Positions 1 through 7,827 of a DNA stretch of 20,000 nucleotides are shown piece by piece. The DNA lies in NCBI GenBank assembly GCA_963665615.2, contig CAXXQE010000007.1:361987-381986 (forward strand), written 5' to 3'. Positions within the stretch are counted from its first letter, which is position 1; each line of letters opens with the position of its first letter. Position numbers and translations under genes: made by a program. Origin of the DNA: Syntrophales bacterium (GTDB taxonomy: Bacteria > Desulfobacterota > Syntrophia > Syntrophales > UBA4778). The notes below the pieces were generated by a model. It was not told the DNA's origin. It saw only the letters and a list, made by a program, of their open reading frames with translations, and did no database searches.

Positions 1-1921
1 AGGTGGCCCCCTGCCCGACATCGCTTTTCACATCGATATAACCGCGATGATCCTTAACCGTTCCCCATACCACCGCCATCCCCAAGCCGGTGCCACTGCG
101 CCCCATGACCTTTTTCGTGTAGAAGGGCTCAAAGATGCGATCAATATCTTCAGCGGAAATGCCGATACCGGTGTCCTGGACCGTAAGCACGGCATAGTCC
201 CCCTCTTCTATTTCATCATATCCCCTTAGAGGTTCATCTAAATACCGGCTGGAAGTCGTGATACGAACGGTCCCGCCTTTTGGCATGGCCTCGGCGGCGT
301 TGGAAACGAGGTTCATGACCGTCTTGGTCAGATGGACGCCGGAACCGATAATATTGAGGAGCTGCTCGTCGAGAACAGTTTTCACTTGGACGTTCTCATG
401 GAAACTCAACATCTTCGCGAATTCAGGACTCTTCAAATATTCGTTGACAATATGATTAAGATTTTGAACTTCTTCATAGACCACCCCGCGCCGCGTCAAC
501 GTCAGCAAATCCTGAACCATCGCGGCCGCACGAAGGCCGGACTGCTTCATGGTTTGAATGGGCTCCCGCAGTGGACTGCCAGACGGAATCTGCAACAGGA
601 GCAGATCGGGATAACTGACGATGCCCGAAAGGATATTGTTGAGGTCATGAGCCACGCCCCCCGCCATCGTTCCCAGCAGTTCCATTTTTTGCGCGCGGTG
701 CAACTGCGCTGTGAGTTGACGCTGCTCCTCCTCAGCATGTTTTCTTTCCGTTAGATCGATGAGCAGACCTCTGATCCCGGCACCACTATCGCTGAGATTG
801 ACGGAAGCTGCATGCAACGCTGCGGGAAAGGTCGTGCCATCCTTCCGACGGGCCAGACACTCTTCCCCTTCGACCTTCTCCCCGTCTATCATCTTCCGCA
901 ACCTGAATTCTTCCTGTGGACTGGACACGATCAGTTGAAAGATACTGATTCCGGCAGCGAACTCCTCTTGAGTGTAACCGAAAAGTCGATAGGCATTGCG
1001 ATTGTAAAGCGTGATAATGCCGCTTGGGTCTGCCTCGAAAACAACCTGCGGCAGCGCATTGGCAAGTTCGCGATAGCGCTCCTCACTGGTCTTGAGGGCC
1101 CCTTCCGCTTCGATCCTGTCTTCGATTTCCTTCAGGAGCTTTTCATTGACCTGCAACAATTCCCACGTTCTTCTCTCGACAATCGATTCGATCTGCTGGT
1201 TCTTCGCAAGCAATTTATCTTCGGCCGTCTTCCGGTCCTTGATCTCCTGCTCCAGATCAACGATCAATTCCAGATTCTCATATTTTAGAATCAGGAAGCT
1301 GAGAAATTCTTTATTGATCCGCCGGGCGCTCAGGAACATGAATAACCAGAACAGGCCGGTTATAACGACCATCCCGCGGTGCAGCGCATCCGTTTTCGAC
1401 AGAGAATAGATGATCAACGGCAATAGCGTCGGAATACTAAACGCATAAAAGGTCTCCATGACCGAGGCGAAGGTGCCGACTGAACCGGCCACCATCCCAC
1501 AGAGCACCAGCATAACGAAGATTTCTTGTACAGGGGAAAGATAAGGAAAAAGCAGAATCGAAACGGACCCCCAAAAACAGCCGGAGGTGAATAACGCCAC
1601 TAAATATAGACGCTTGCGACCGGCAACGGTTTTGGTGTTGAGGGGTTTGCTTTTGTTGATGAAGTGATTAACGCCCCGGATGGCGCTGACGAGAAACATA
1701 ACGAGCCACCAGGCTGCGACTCGCTCCTCGGGGACATAGGGGATAAACGACACCGCCAGGATGCTTGCAATGATAAACGTCGCCGCCATCCCCACCAGGG
1801 TTTGGCTGGCCAGCCGTTCTATCTGGTCGATGAGAATTTTCTGATCAAGCGAGTTCTTTTTAAAACCGCGACGGAACATCTTCGCGACAAATCTCGATCC
1901 CCAGGGAAGATCTTTGGACAT
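1..1921 (-). CDS. Membrane-bound PAS-domain sensor histidine kinase (3'-truncated by window edge; possibly hybrid)
   Basis: Hand-translated uninterrupted minus-strand frame, absent from the ORF track because no stop is reached. Start ATG 1921 or 1879 (MFRRGFKKNSLDQKIL). N-terminal multi-TM region, coiled coil, PAS/PAC (ERYRELANALPQVVFEAD...RRKDGTTFP...IDLTERK), H-box QKMELLGTMAGGVAHDLNN, N-box VMNLVSNAAEAM, G1 VQDTGIGI, F-box IFEPFYTKK, G2 GTGLGMAVV. Confidence 0.93.
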   Translation of the reverse strand, partial: MSKDLPWGSRFVAKMFRRGFKKNSLDQKILIDQIERLASQTLVGMAATFIIASILAVSFIPYVPEERVAAWWLVMFLVSAIRGVNHFINKSKPLNTKTVAGRKRLYLVALFTSGCFWGSVSILLFPYLSPVQEIFVMLVLCGMVAGSVGTFASVMETFYAFSIPTLLPLIIYSLSKTDALHRGMVVITGLFWLFMFLSARRINKEFLSFLILKYENLELIVDLEQEIKDRKTAEDKLLAKNQQIESIVERRTWELLQVNEKLLKEIEDRIEAEGALKTSEERYRELANALPQVVFEADPSGIITLYNRNAYRLFGYTQEEFAAGISIFQLIVSSPQEEFRLRKMIDGEKVEGEECLARRKDGTTFPAALHAASVNLSDSGAGIRGLLIDLTERKHAEEEQRQLTAQLHRAQKMELLGTMAGGVAHDLNNILSGIVSYPDLLLLQIPSGSPLREPIQTMKQSGLRAAAMVQDLLTLTRRGVVYEEVQNLNHIVNEYLKSPEFAKMLSFHENVQVKTVLDEQLLNIIGSGVHLTKTVMNLVSNAAEAMPKGGTVRITTSSRYLDEPLRGYDEIEEGDYAVLTVQDTGIGISAEDIDRIFEPFYTKKVMGRSGTGLGMAVVWGTVKDHRGYIDVKSDVGQGAT

Positions 1922-2050
1922 GCTTCGCTCGCTTTCCCGGAAGCCAGCCGACCCACCCGCTGTTGCCGCCGGATTGAATCCAATCTCCCATCCGTTGACA
2001 CCCCCAAACGGACGCACCTGATTTTAATCGGCATTCTGTTCGGAAGCTTT

Positions 2051-2089
2051 AAAGAAAAAGCGCGGCCGTCCGTCGCAGGACGAACGGCC
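2051..2089 (-). terminator. Intrinsic terminator after the MaoC gene
   Basis: Minus strand GGCCGTTCGTC-CTGC-GACGGACGGCC (11-bp stem, one G.U) followed by GCGC-TTTTTCTTT, about 20 nt after the stop at 2111. Confidence 0.75.
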
Positions 2090-2110
2090 TGGGGCATCCT
2101 GTAAGGAATA

Positions 2111-2524
2111 TTACTTCAGAAGCATCACTTCGCCTTCACCGACAATGACCACAGTACCGTCCTGATTCGTGAGCGTCGATCCGATCTTGCATCGCCGGCG
2201 CTCCGGCTCCATGGCCGTAATCGTAGAAGTGACCGTGACCGTATCGCCCAGTCCTACCGGCGCCTTGAACTGGATACTCTGAGAAATATGAACCGCGCCC
2301 AGCCCCAACAGATCGGTCAGCGTGTAATCGATGAGACTGGCGGTCAGCATCCCGTGGGCGAGACGCTTGCCAAAACGCGTTCCCTTGGCATAGGTTTCAC
2401 TGACATGCAGGGGATTGAAATCGCCACAGATCCCCGCAAAGGCGAAAATTTCCACTTCGCCGATCGTCTTCTGAAAGATCGATTGATCCCCGACCTTTAA
2501 ATCTTCGTAATTCTTCTTCTGCAT
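2111..2524 (-). CDS. MaoC-family hot-dog dehydratase / (R)-specific enoyl-CoA hydratase-like, 137 aa
   Basis: Hydratase-2 motif FAGICGDFNPLH...FGKRLAHGML and FKAPVGLGDTV. Start moved from 2620 to ATG 2524 (MQKKNY), which has an AGGGAGG RBS. Confidence 0.9.
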   Translation of the reverse strand: MQKKNYEDLKVGDQSIFQKTIGEVEIFAFAGICGDFNPLHVSETYAKGTRFGKRLAHGMLTASLIDYTLTDLLGLGAVHISQSIQFKAPVGLGDTVTVTSTITAMEPERRRCKIGSTLTNQDGTVVIVGEGEVMLLK

Positions 2525-2702
2525 GTTTAAGCCTCCCTTAAATTCAACGGCACAGCGGCACGTCGTTGTTGTTTTATTGTTCCGGCAATCAAATTGATTA
2601 AAATCCTGTGCGCAGCGCATTTCATTATTTCATCGCCGCGAAAAACTATACCTTGATGCTCGTCCTTCGGCAACGGATAATCCCCTTTTGCGGAATGCCC
2701 CG

Positions 2703-3956
2703 TTACCGCCATTGCCTGTCGTCCACCAGCGCCTTTTCATCCCGAAGGGCGCCCTGAGGTATGATCTCGATTCGATCGACCCTCAGATTGCAGATTTCCC
2801 GGAAGACATGTCCGACACGAGCCATGAGATCGACCTGCGCCTCTCCCGTTTTGTCCGACTCGATCCGCACTGTCAAGAAATCACGATCCAAAACCTGACC
2901 GACACGAGCCTGAAGGACAATGTCGTCGAAGCGTTTTCGAACGGCCATGAGTTGACTGGGCGCCAGAAACATCCCACGAACCTTGATCGCATCGCCGACC
3001 CGTCCGAAGATACCCGCCATTTTCAGAGCAGTCCGGCCGCAGGCGCAGGGCTCTGCCACCAGCCGTGAGAGATCCCCGGTGCCGAAACGCAGCAGAAAGA
3101 AGATCGGGTTGAAACGCGTGACCACAACCTCTCCCATTTCGCCGTCCGGCATCCGCTGCCCCGTTTGCGGATCGACAATTTCCACAAACACCTCCTCGCA
3201 GAGGTGCCATCCTTTCTTTTCACTGCATTCGTAAGCGATATCGCCGACCTCGGTCGCTCCATACATCTGGAAAGTATCAATTCGGTAATGCTGCTCAAAA
3301 CGTTCGCGCTGCGCGGGAAAGAGCGGTTCCGCTCCGAAGCAGGCCCGCTTGATCTGCCCGGAAGCCGGAAAGGCGTACCCGAGTTCCTCGCCTTTCTGGA
3401 GAATCGCCATGAGAAAGCTCGGCGTACCGGTATAGCCCGTAATTTTGAGATCACGAATCAGATCCGCCTGCGCCTGTGTGCCGGAGCTCCCGGACGGGAC
3501 CACCGTTGCGCCGACCTGCCTCAGACCGCTGTGAAACGTCAAGCCCGCCGCGACCATGTGATAAGAAAAAGCATTGAGAACGACATCGCCCTTTCCGAAA
3601 CCGGCGGCGTGATACGCCCGCGCCCAGAGGGGATCGGCCTCGGACAGATGCGGCTCATACACCGGTCCCGGCGAGATGAAGATTCGGTCGATTTCGGCGT
3701 CGGGCGCGCAAAAACCGCCGTAGGGCGGTTCTTCAAGTTCATACTCGATCAGTTTTTCCCTCGAGATGACCGGCAGCCTCTGAAAATCGTCCAGCGTCCC
3801 GATATCGGCCGGAGCGCAACCGATTTGGTCCATCATCGCCCGCACGCGCGACGACTTCTCATAACCCAGCCGCACCATCTCCCGGATCTTCTCCGTCTGC
3901 CGCGCCACCCGCTCATCGGATGACACCCGCTCAAGGCCAAAAAAATCCCTTTTCAT
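2703..3956 (-). CDS. Phenylacetate--CoA ligase (PaaK)-family protein, 417 aa
   Basis: LPVISRE, GTPSFL, GAEP, YGATE, GEVVVT, RFGTGDL, GRVGDAIKVRGMF. Start ATG 3956 (MKRDFF) with GGAG RBS. The P-loop is atypical (see findings). Confidence 0.85.
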   Translation of the reverse strand: MKRDFFGLERVSSDERVARQTEKIREMVRLGYEKSSRVRAMMDQIGCAPADIGTLDDFQRLPVISREKLIEYELEEPPYGGFCAPDAEIDRIFISPGPVYEPHLSEADPLWARAYHAAGFGKGDVVLNAFSYHMVAAGLTFHSGLRQVGATVVPSGSSGTQAQADLIRDLKITGYTGTPSFLMAILQKGEELGYAFPASGQIKRACFGAEPLFPAQRERFEQHYRIDTFQMYGATEVGDIAYECSEKKGWHLCEEVFVEIVDPQTGQRMPDGEMGEVVVTRFNPIFFLLRFGTGDLSRLVAEPCACGRTALKMAGIFGRVGDAIKVRGMFLAPSQLMAVRKRFDDIVLQARVGQVLDRDFLTVRIESDKTGEAQVDLMARVGHVFREICNLRVDRIEIIPQGALRDEKALVDDRQWR

Positions 3957-4018
3957 TTTATTCTCTCCAGAAATCGTGAATACGTCCTTACCATCTCGCT
4001 CTATTCCCGGCAACGCCG

Positions 4019-4146
4019 TCCGGCTGTTCAGAAACGGTTAGAGGCAAGGCGTCGCAAGCCACGCGCAGCGGAGCATACTTTATGCGTATGTGAGCATGCG
4101 AGTGGTGACGCGCAACGCAGCATATGACCGTTTATGGACAGCCGGA
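4019..4146. mobile_element. 128-bp palindromic MITE/REP-like element
   Basis: Terminal inverted repeats TCCGGCTGTTCAGAAACGGTTA (4019-4040) and TGACCGTTTATGGACAGCCGGA (4125-4146), 19/22 complementary. Inner pairings GCGTCGC/GTGACGC, CCAC/GTGG, CATAC/GTATG. Abuts the livF stop. Confidence 0.7.
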
Positions 4147-4950
4147 TTATAGCCATCGCTTACGTCGCTTATAAGACTTCACATCCTTATACGACTTCAC
4201 CCGATCCGCCGCCCCCATGCCCAGGTAAAACTCCTTGACGTCCGGGTTGTTCCGCAACTCTTCCGATGTTCCCTCCATCACGATCTTTCCGTTCTCCATG
4301 ACGTAACCGTAAGTGGCAATCTGCAGCGCCATATTGGCGTTCTGCTCGACCAGAACGATCGTGGTTTCCTGCTCCTGGTTGATCTTTGTAATGATCCGAA
4401 AGATCTCCTCAACCACCAATGGCGCCAGGCCGAGGGACGGCTCGTCAAGCAGCAGGAGTTTCGGATGCGCCATCAGGGCGCGCCCCATGACAATCATTTG
4501 CAACTCACCGCCGCTGCAATAGCCCGCCAATCCCTTGCGCCGCTCGCGAAGCCTCGGGAAATAGGTGTAGACCATCTCCAGGTCTTTCTTATAGGGTTTG
4601 CCCCAACGGGTGGCTGTGCCGACCTTGAGATTTTCCTCGACCGTCAGGTACTTGAAGGGCTGCCTGCCTTCCAGCACCTGAATGATGCCGCGACGCGTGA
4701 TCTCTTCCGGCGAAGAATTCTGGATCTTTTTCCCGTCAAAGACGATCTCGCCGTCCGTGACCTTGCCGTTTTCTGTCATGAGAATGCCAGAGATCGCCTT
4801 GAGCGTCGTCGTCTTCCCTGCGCCGTTGCTCCCCAAAAGAGAAACGATCTGCTTTTCACCGACGGCCAGCGAAACCCCGCGCAGAACCTGAATCACGTCA
4901 GAGTATACGACACTGATATTGTTCAATTGTAAGAGAATGTTACTGTCCAT
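4147..4950 (-). CDS. livF: HAAT-family (branched-chain amino acid type) ABC transporter ATP-binding protein, LivF-like
   Basis: Walker A GSNGAGKTT, signature CSGGELQM, Walker B LLLLDEPSLGLAP, LVEQNA, GYVMENG. Confidence 0.93.
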   Translation of the reverse strand: MDSNILLQLNNISVVYSDVIQVLRGVSLAVGEKQIVSLLGSNGAGKTTTLKAISGILMTENGKVTDGEIVFDGKKIQNSSPEEITRRGIIQVLEGRQPFKYLTVEENLKVGTATRWGKPYKKDLEMVYTYFPRLRERRKGLAGYCSGGELQMIVMGRALMAHPKLLLLDEPSLGLAPLVVEEIFRIITKINQEQETTIVLVEQNANMALQIATYGYVMENGKIVMEGTSEELRNNPDVKEFYLGMGAADRVKSYKDVKSYKRRKRWL

Positions 4951-4984
4951 ATTCCCTGCTTTAATTGGACTGTATTATTGTCGT

Positions 4985-5027
4985 TACGAGTGACAAGTGA
5001 CGAGTAACAAGTAACAAGAAACAAGAA
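4985..5027. repeat. Degenerate heptanucleotide tandem repeat
   Basis: ACGAGTG ACAAGTG ACGAGTA ACAAGTA ACAAGAA ACAAGAA. Confidence 0.85.
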
Positions 5028-5056
5028 AAAACTCAAAAACCACCGCCCCGCCGCAC

Positions 5057-5129
5057 CTGTCATTCCCGTGAAAACGGGAATCCAGTCTATTCGTATCTCA
5101 AATGATTCATGCGTCTGCGGGAATGACAG
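5057..5129. repeat. REP-like palindrome containing a dRS3-type ATTCCC-N8-GGGAAT core
   Basis: CTGTCATTCCCG (5057-5068) and CGGGAATGACAG (5118-5129) form a perfect 12-bp inverted repeat. ATTCCC-GTGAAAAC-GGGAAT at 5062-5081; second inner arm degenerate. Confidence 0.8.
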
Positions 5130-5151
5130 ACCCTGGTTCCGGTTCTTTTTC

Positions 5152-5186
5152 CCTATTTACTGTTTACTATTCACTGTTCACTAATA
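5152..5186. repeat. Heptanucleotide tandem repeat overlapping the livM stop
   Basis: CCTATTT ACTGTTT ACTATTC ACTGTTC ACTAAT. Confidence 0.75.
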
Positions 5187-6251
5187 GGAGAACGGCCAAA
5201 GCTTAAAGTTCGACCGTACTATCCGCCAAATCTCCGCCAGCCCCTTCGGCTCGAACAAGATAAAGAGCACAATCGCCAACCCAAAGACGAGTTCCTTGAG
5301 CGGCGCAATCGTCAACTGCATACCGCCGGCGCCGCCCATGTTCATCAGGACGTCCGTCAGCAGCCTTAATCCCTCATTGAGCAGCGTGATGAAGATGGCG
5401 CCGTAGACCGCTCCGGAGATGCTCCCCAGGCCGCCAATGATAACCATGGCGATATACTCTACGGACAGTCCCAGGGTGAAGGGCTCGGCGGTGATGCTGA
5501 TCATGTAAAAGGCCCAGAGCGATCCTGCAATGCCGGCATAGAAGGAGCTGATCCCGAAGGACAGGAGTTTGTATCGGAAGATCGGAATCCCCATGCCTTC
5601 GGCTGCACGGTCATTGTCACGTATGGCGATGAAGGCGCGACCGAAGCGCGTCCGCATCAGATTCACCGCCCCCCAGATCATAACGGCCAGGCAGATAAAG
5701 GCGACAAAGAAAAACGTCCGGTCCCCGCGTACGGAGTATCCGAAGAGCGTCGGCTCCGGCAGGTTGATTCCCATTGTGCCCTGCGTGACCGATTCCCAGT
5801 GCACCAGCACATACTCGATGATGAACTGACCGGCCAGCGTTGCGATCGTGAGATATAGACCCTTGAGACGTCCAGAAGGAATGCCAAAGATCATGCCGAC
5901 AAGGGCCGTCATGACACCGGCGCCCGGAACCGCCAGATAAAAGGGCAACCCGCATCGCGTCGCCAGAACCGCGCCGGCGTAAGCCCCCACGCCGAAGAAG
6001 GCGCCATGGCCCAGCGAGATAAGTCCCGTAAAACCGATCAGGATATTGAGCCCTACTGCAGCGATCGCGGCAATCGCGATCATGTTGAGGATGTAGAGCA
6101 TGTAGGGGCTCGTGATCCAGGGCAGGACACCGAACAGCAGCGCCAGTCCCACGAGCGACCAGAGCCGCCCGAAGTCGGTATCGAAAACCGTCAACTCCTG
6201 GCTATAGCGCTCCTTAAAATTCCCGCAGGGATGAAATTTAAACTTTTTCAT
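5181..6251 (-). CDS. livM: HAAT-family ABC transporter permease, LivM-like
   Basis: GLNILIGFTGLISLGHGAFFGVGAY, RLKGLYLTIATLA, TRFGRAFIAIRDNDRAAEGMGI, IIGGLGS, FEPKGL. Confidence 0.93.
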   Translation of the reverse strand: MKKFKFHPCGNFKERYSQELTVFDTDFGRLWSLVGLALLFGVLPWITSPYMLYILNMIAIAAIAAVGLNILIGFTGLISLGHGAFFGVGAYAGAVLATRCGLPFYLAVPGAGVMTALVGMIFGIPSGRLKGLYLTIATLAGQFIIEYVLVHWESVTQGTMGINLPEPTLFGYSVRGDRTFFFVAFICLAVMIWGAVNLMRTRFGRAFIAIRDNDRAAEGMGIPIFRYKLLSFGISSFYAGIAGSLWAFYMISITAEPFTLGLSVEYIAMVIIGGLGSISGAVYGAIFITLLNEGLRLLTDVLMNMGGAGGMQLTIAPLKELVFGLAIVLFILFEPKGLAEIWRIVRSNFKLWPFSY

Positions 6252-6278
6252 TTTAACGTCTACACATAGTAATTTCTG

Positions 6279-6571
6279 ACTTAGTCCCGTTTAATCGCCG
6301 CGGCACTGCTCTCGGCATGCAACCCGATGTATTTCCGCCTGTCACTCGTTACTCGTGATGGTCTCGTAAAAAATCGAATAACGTATCAATCATAAAACAA
6401 GAGGATGACGGGCTGGGTCTCGAACGCGAATCAAAGATTTTTCCAGCCCGACGGCATTGGCAATTTGGCGCTGAACATGACGGAAAAAGATTTTTGAGCG
6501 GCAGAGAGCCGGCCCGTCATCCTCATTCCCTGACTTTTTACAAGACCATCACTCGTGACTGCGGCGTTAGC
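6279..6571 (+). repeat. ~100-bp dispersed repeat, copy A (interrupted by the MITE at 6357-6550); inverted relative to copy B at 7476-7575
   Basis: 6302-6353 matches the reverse complement of 7501-7552 at 51/52 nt. Similarity extends left (ACTTAGTCCCG vs ACTTGGTCCCG) and resumes after the insertion (ACTCGTGACTGCGGCGTTAGC vs ACTCGTCACTGCGGCGTCAGC). Confidence 0.85.
6357..6550 (+). mobile_element. 194-bp MITE-like element with TIRs, putative 6-bp TSD and a structured 124-nt core (copy 1)
   Basis: TIRs GATGGTCTCGTAAAAAATC and GACTTTTTACAAGACCATC (17/19). Flanked on both sides by ACTCGT (6351-6356, 6551-6556). Core 6401-6524 closed by GAGGATGACGGGCT/GGCCCGTCATCCTC. Confidence 0.8.
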
Positions 6572-6575
6572 AGCC

Positions 6576-7454
6576 CTATACCCTTTCGATCTCGACCAGT
6601 CCGAAGAGTCCGTAAGGCTTGATCAGAAGAATCACGACCAGCGCCATATACGGAATCACGTCTCTCAAAGAGGTCGAGACATAGCCACCGGTGAAGGTCT
6701 CCAGAAGACCGATGATAATCCCCGCAATAATGGCGCCGCCGATGCTGTCGAGACCTCCGAGAATAACGACCGGAAAAACCTTGAGACCGATGGAACTCAA
6801 TTCGTGAACGTTGATCCCGTTCATGATCCCGAGCACGATTCCGCTCATGCCCGCCACCAGAGCGGCAATCGCCCAGGACAGCGCAAAGACCCGTTTGACA
6901 TGCACGCCAAGGGACAGTGCCGCGCTCTGGTTGTCGGCGACGGAGCGCATATAGATGCCCTGGTTCGAAAATTTGAAGAAAAATCCGAAGAGCAGCAGAA
7001 AGACGATGCCGACGATGAAGGCCGCGGAGTAAACCGGGGGAAGGCTTACCGGCCCCCAATTCAGGGCAAGCGACTCGGAGAGAAATTCCGGATAAGTATG
7101 CAGGCTGCCGCCCCAGATCAGGAGCATCGCACCCTTGAAAACCGAGGCCAGACCGACCGTCAGCATGACGACCTCGATCAAGGGTTCGCCGATAAGCGGT
7201 CTCAGGAAAAGCCGCTCGACAATAAATCCAAGAATAAAACTCCCGAGGAGTGTCGCCAGAAAGGCCAGCCAGATCGGCAACTGCGCCCAGGTCACCAGCG
7301 CCAGAAAGAAGAACGCGCCGAGTGCCAGAAGCTCCCCGTGGGCAAAGTTCAGAACGCTGGAGGATTTGAAGATCATGACGAACCCCATCGCCGAAATGCC
7401 GTAGATGAAGCCGATGCAGATGCCGTTGACCAGTAGTTGTAAGAAGAAATCCAC
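6576..7454 (-). CDS. livH: HAAT-family ABC transporter permease, LivH-like
   Basis: QLLVNGICIGFIYGISAMGFVMIFKSSSVLNFAHGE, MRSVADNQSAALSLGV, VILGGLDS, KPYGLFG. GTG at 7454 preferred over TTG 7460 because GGAG lies 7 nt upstream. Confidence 0.92.
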   Translation of the reverse strand: MDFFLQLLVNGICIGFIYGISAMGFVMIFKSSSVLNFAHGELLALGAFFFLALVTWAQLPIWLAFLATLLGSFILGFIVERLFLRPLIGEPLIEVVMLTVGLASVFKGAMLLIWGGSLHTYPEFLSESLALNWGPVSLPPVYSAAFIVGIVFLLLFGFFFKFSNQGIYMRSVADNQSAALSLGVHVKRVFALSWAIAALVAGMSGIVLGIMNGINVHELSSIGLKVFPVVILGGLDSIGGAIIAGIIIGLLETFTGGYVSTSLRDVIPYMALVVILLIKPYGLFGLVEIERV

Positions 7455-7475
7455 GTTCAAACTCCGTTTGCAGCG

Positions 7476-7575
7476 GCTGACGCCGCAGTGACGAGTAACA
7501 AGTAACGAGTGACAGGCGGAAATACATCAGGTTGCATGCCGAGAGCAGTGCCCGGCGATTTGACCGGGACCAAGT
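7476..7575 (-). repeat. ~100-bp dispersed repeat, copy B (uninterrupted)
   Basis: Reverse complement of copy A; contains three heptamer units (GTGACGA GTAACAA GTAACGA). Confidence 0.85.
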
Positions 7576-7612
7576 TGGTCAACAATGATGCTTTTCCCCT
7601 TGCATCCGTGCC

Positions 7613-7827
7613 CCCGCTTTTACTTGTCACTCGTGACCCTTCACTGTTGATGTTCTCGTAAAAAGTCAAATCCGGCGCATCGATTTTGTCCAGCTACCTT
7701 GCGCAATCCGCCCGCCCCACGGACCCGTTATAGCTGCCCGCTTTTACTTGTCACTTGTCACTCGTGACCCGTCACTCTTTACTATTCACTATTTACTCTT
7801 TACTATTCACTTCCCACTATTCACTTC
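7613..7827. repeat. Heptamer arrays, short direct duplication and solo MITE TIR
   Basis: CCCGCTTTTACTTGTCACT(TGTCACT)CGTGACCC(T/G)TCACT occurs at 7613-7645 and 7737-7776. About 12 heptamer units run 7743-7827. Solo TIR GATGTTCTCGTAAAAAGTC at 7649-7667. Confidence 0.8.

Noticed and set aside
1..1921. Apparent gene-free or pseudogene region with many short ORFs
   Set aside because: A single open minus-strand kinase frame spans it; the listed ORFs are antisense or out-of-frame shadows.
2587..2607. FNR/CRP-like site (AATCAAATTGATT; TTGAT-N4-ATCCT) upstream of the MaoC gene
   Set aside because: Imperfect match in AT-rich DNA with no supporting promoter; could be chance.
7613..7827. CRISPR array
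   Set aside because: Units are contiguous 7-mers with no unique spacers, and no cas genes are present.
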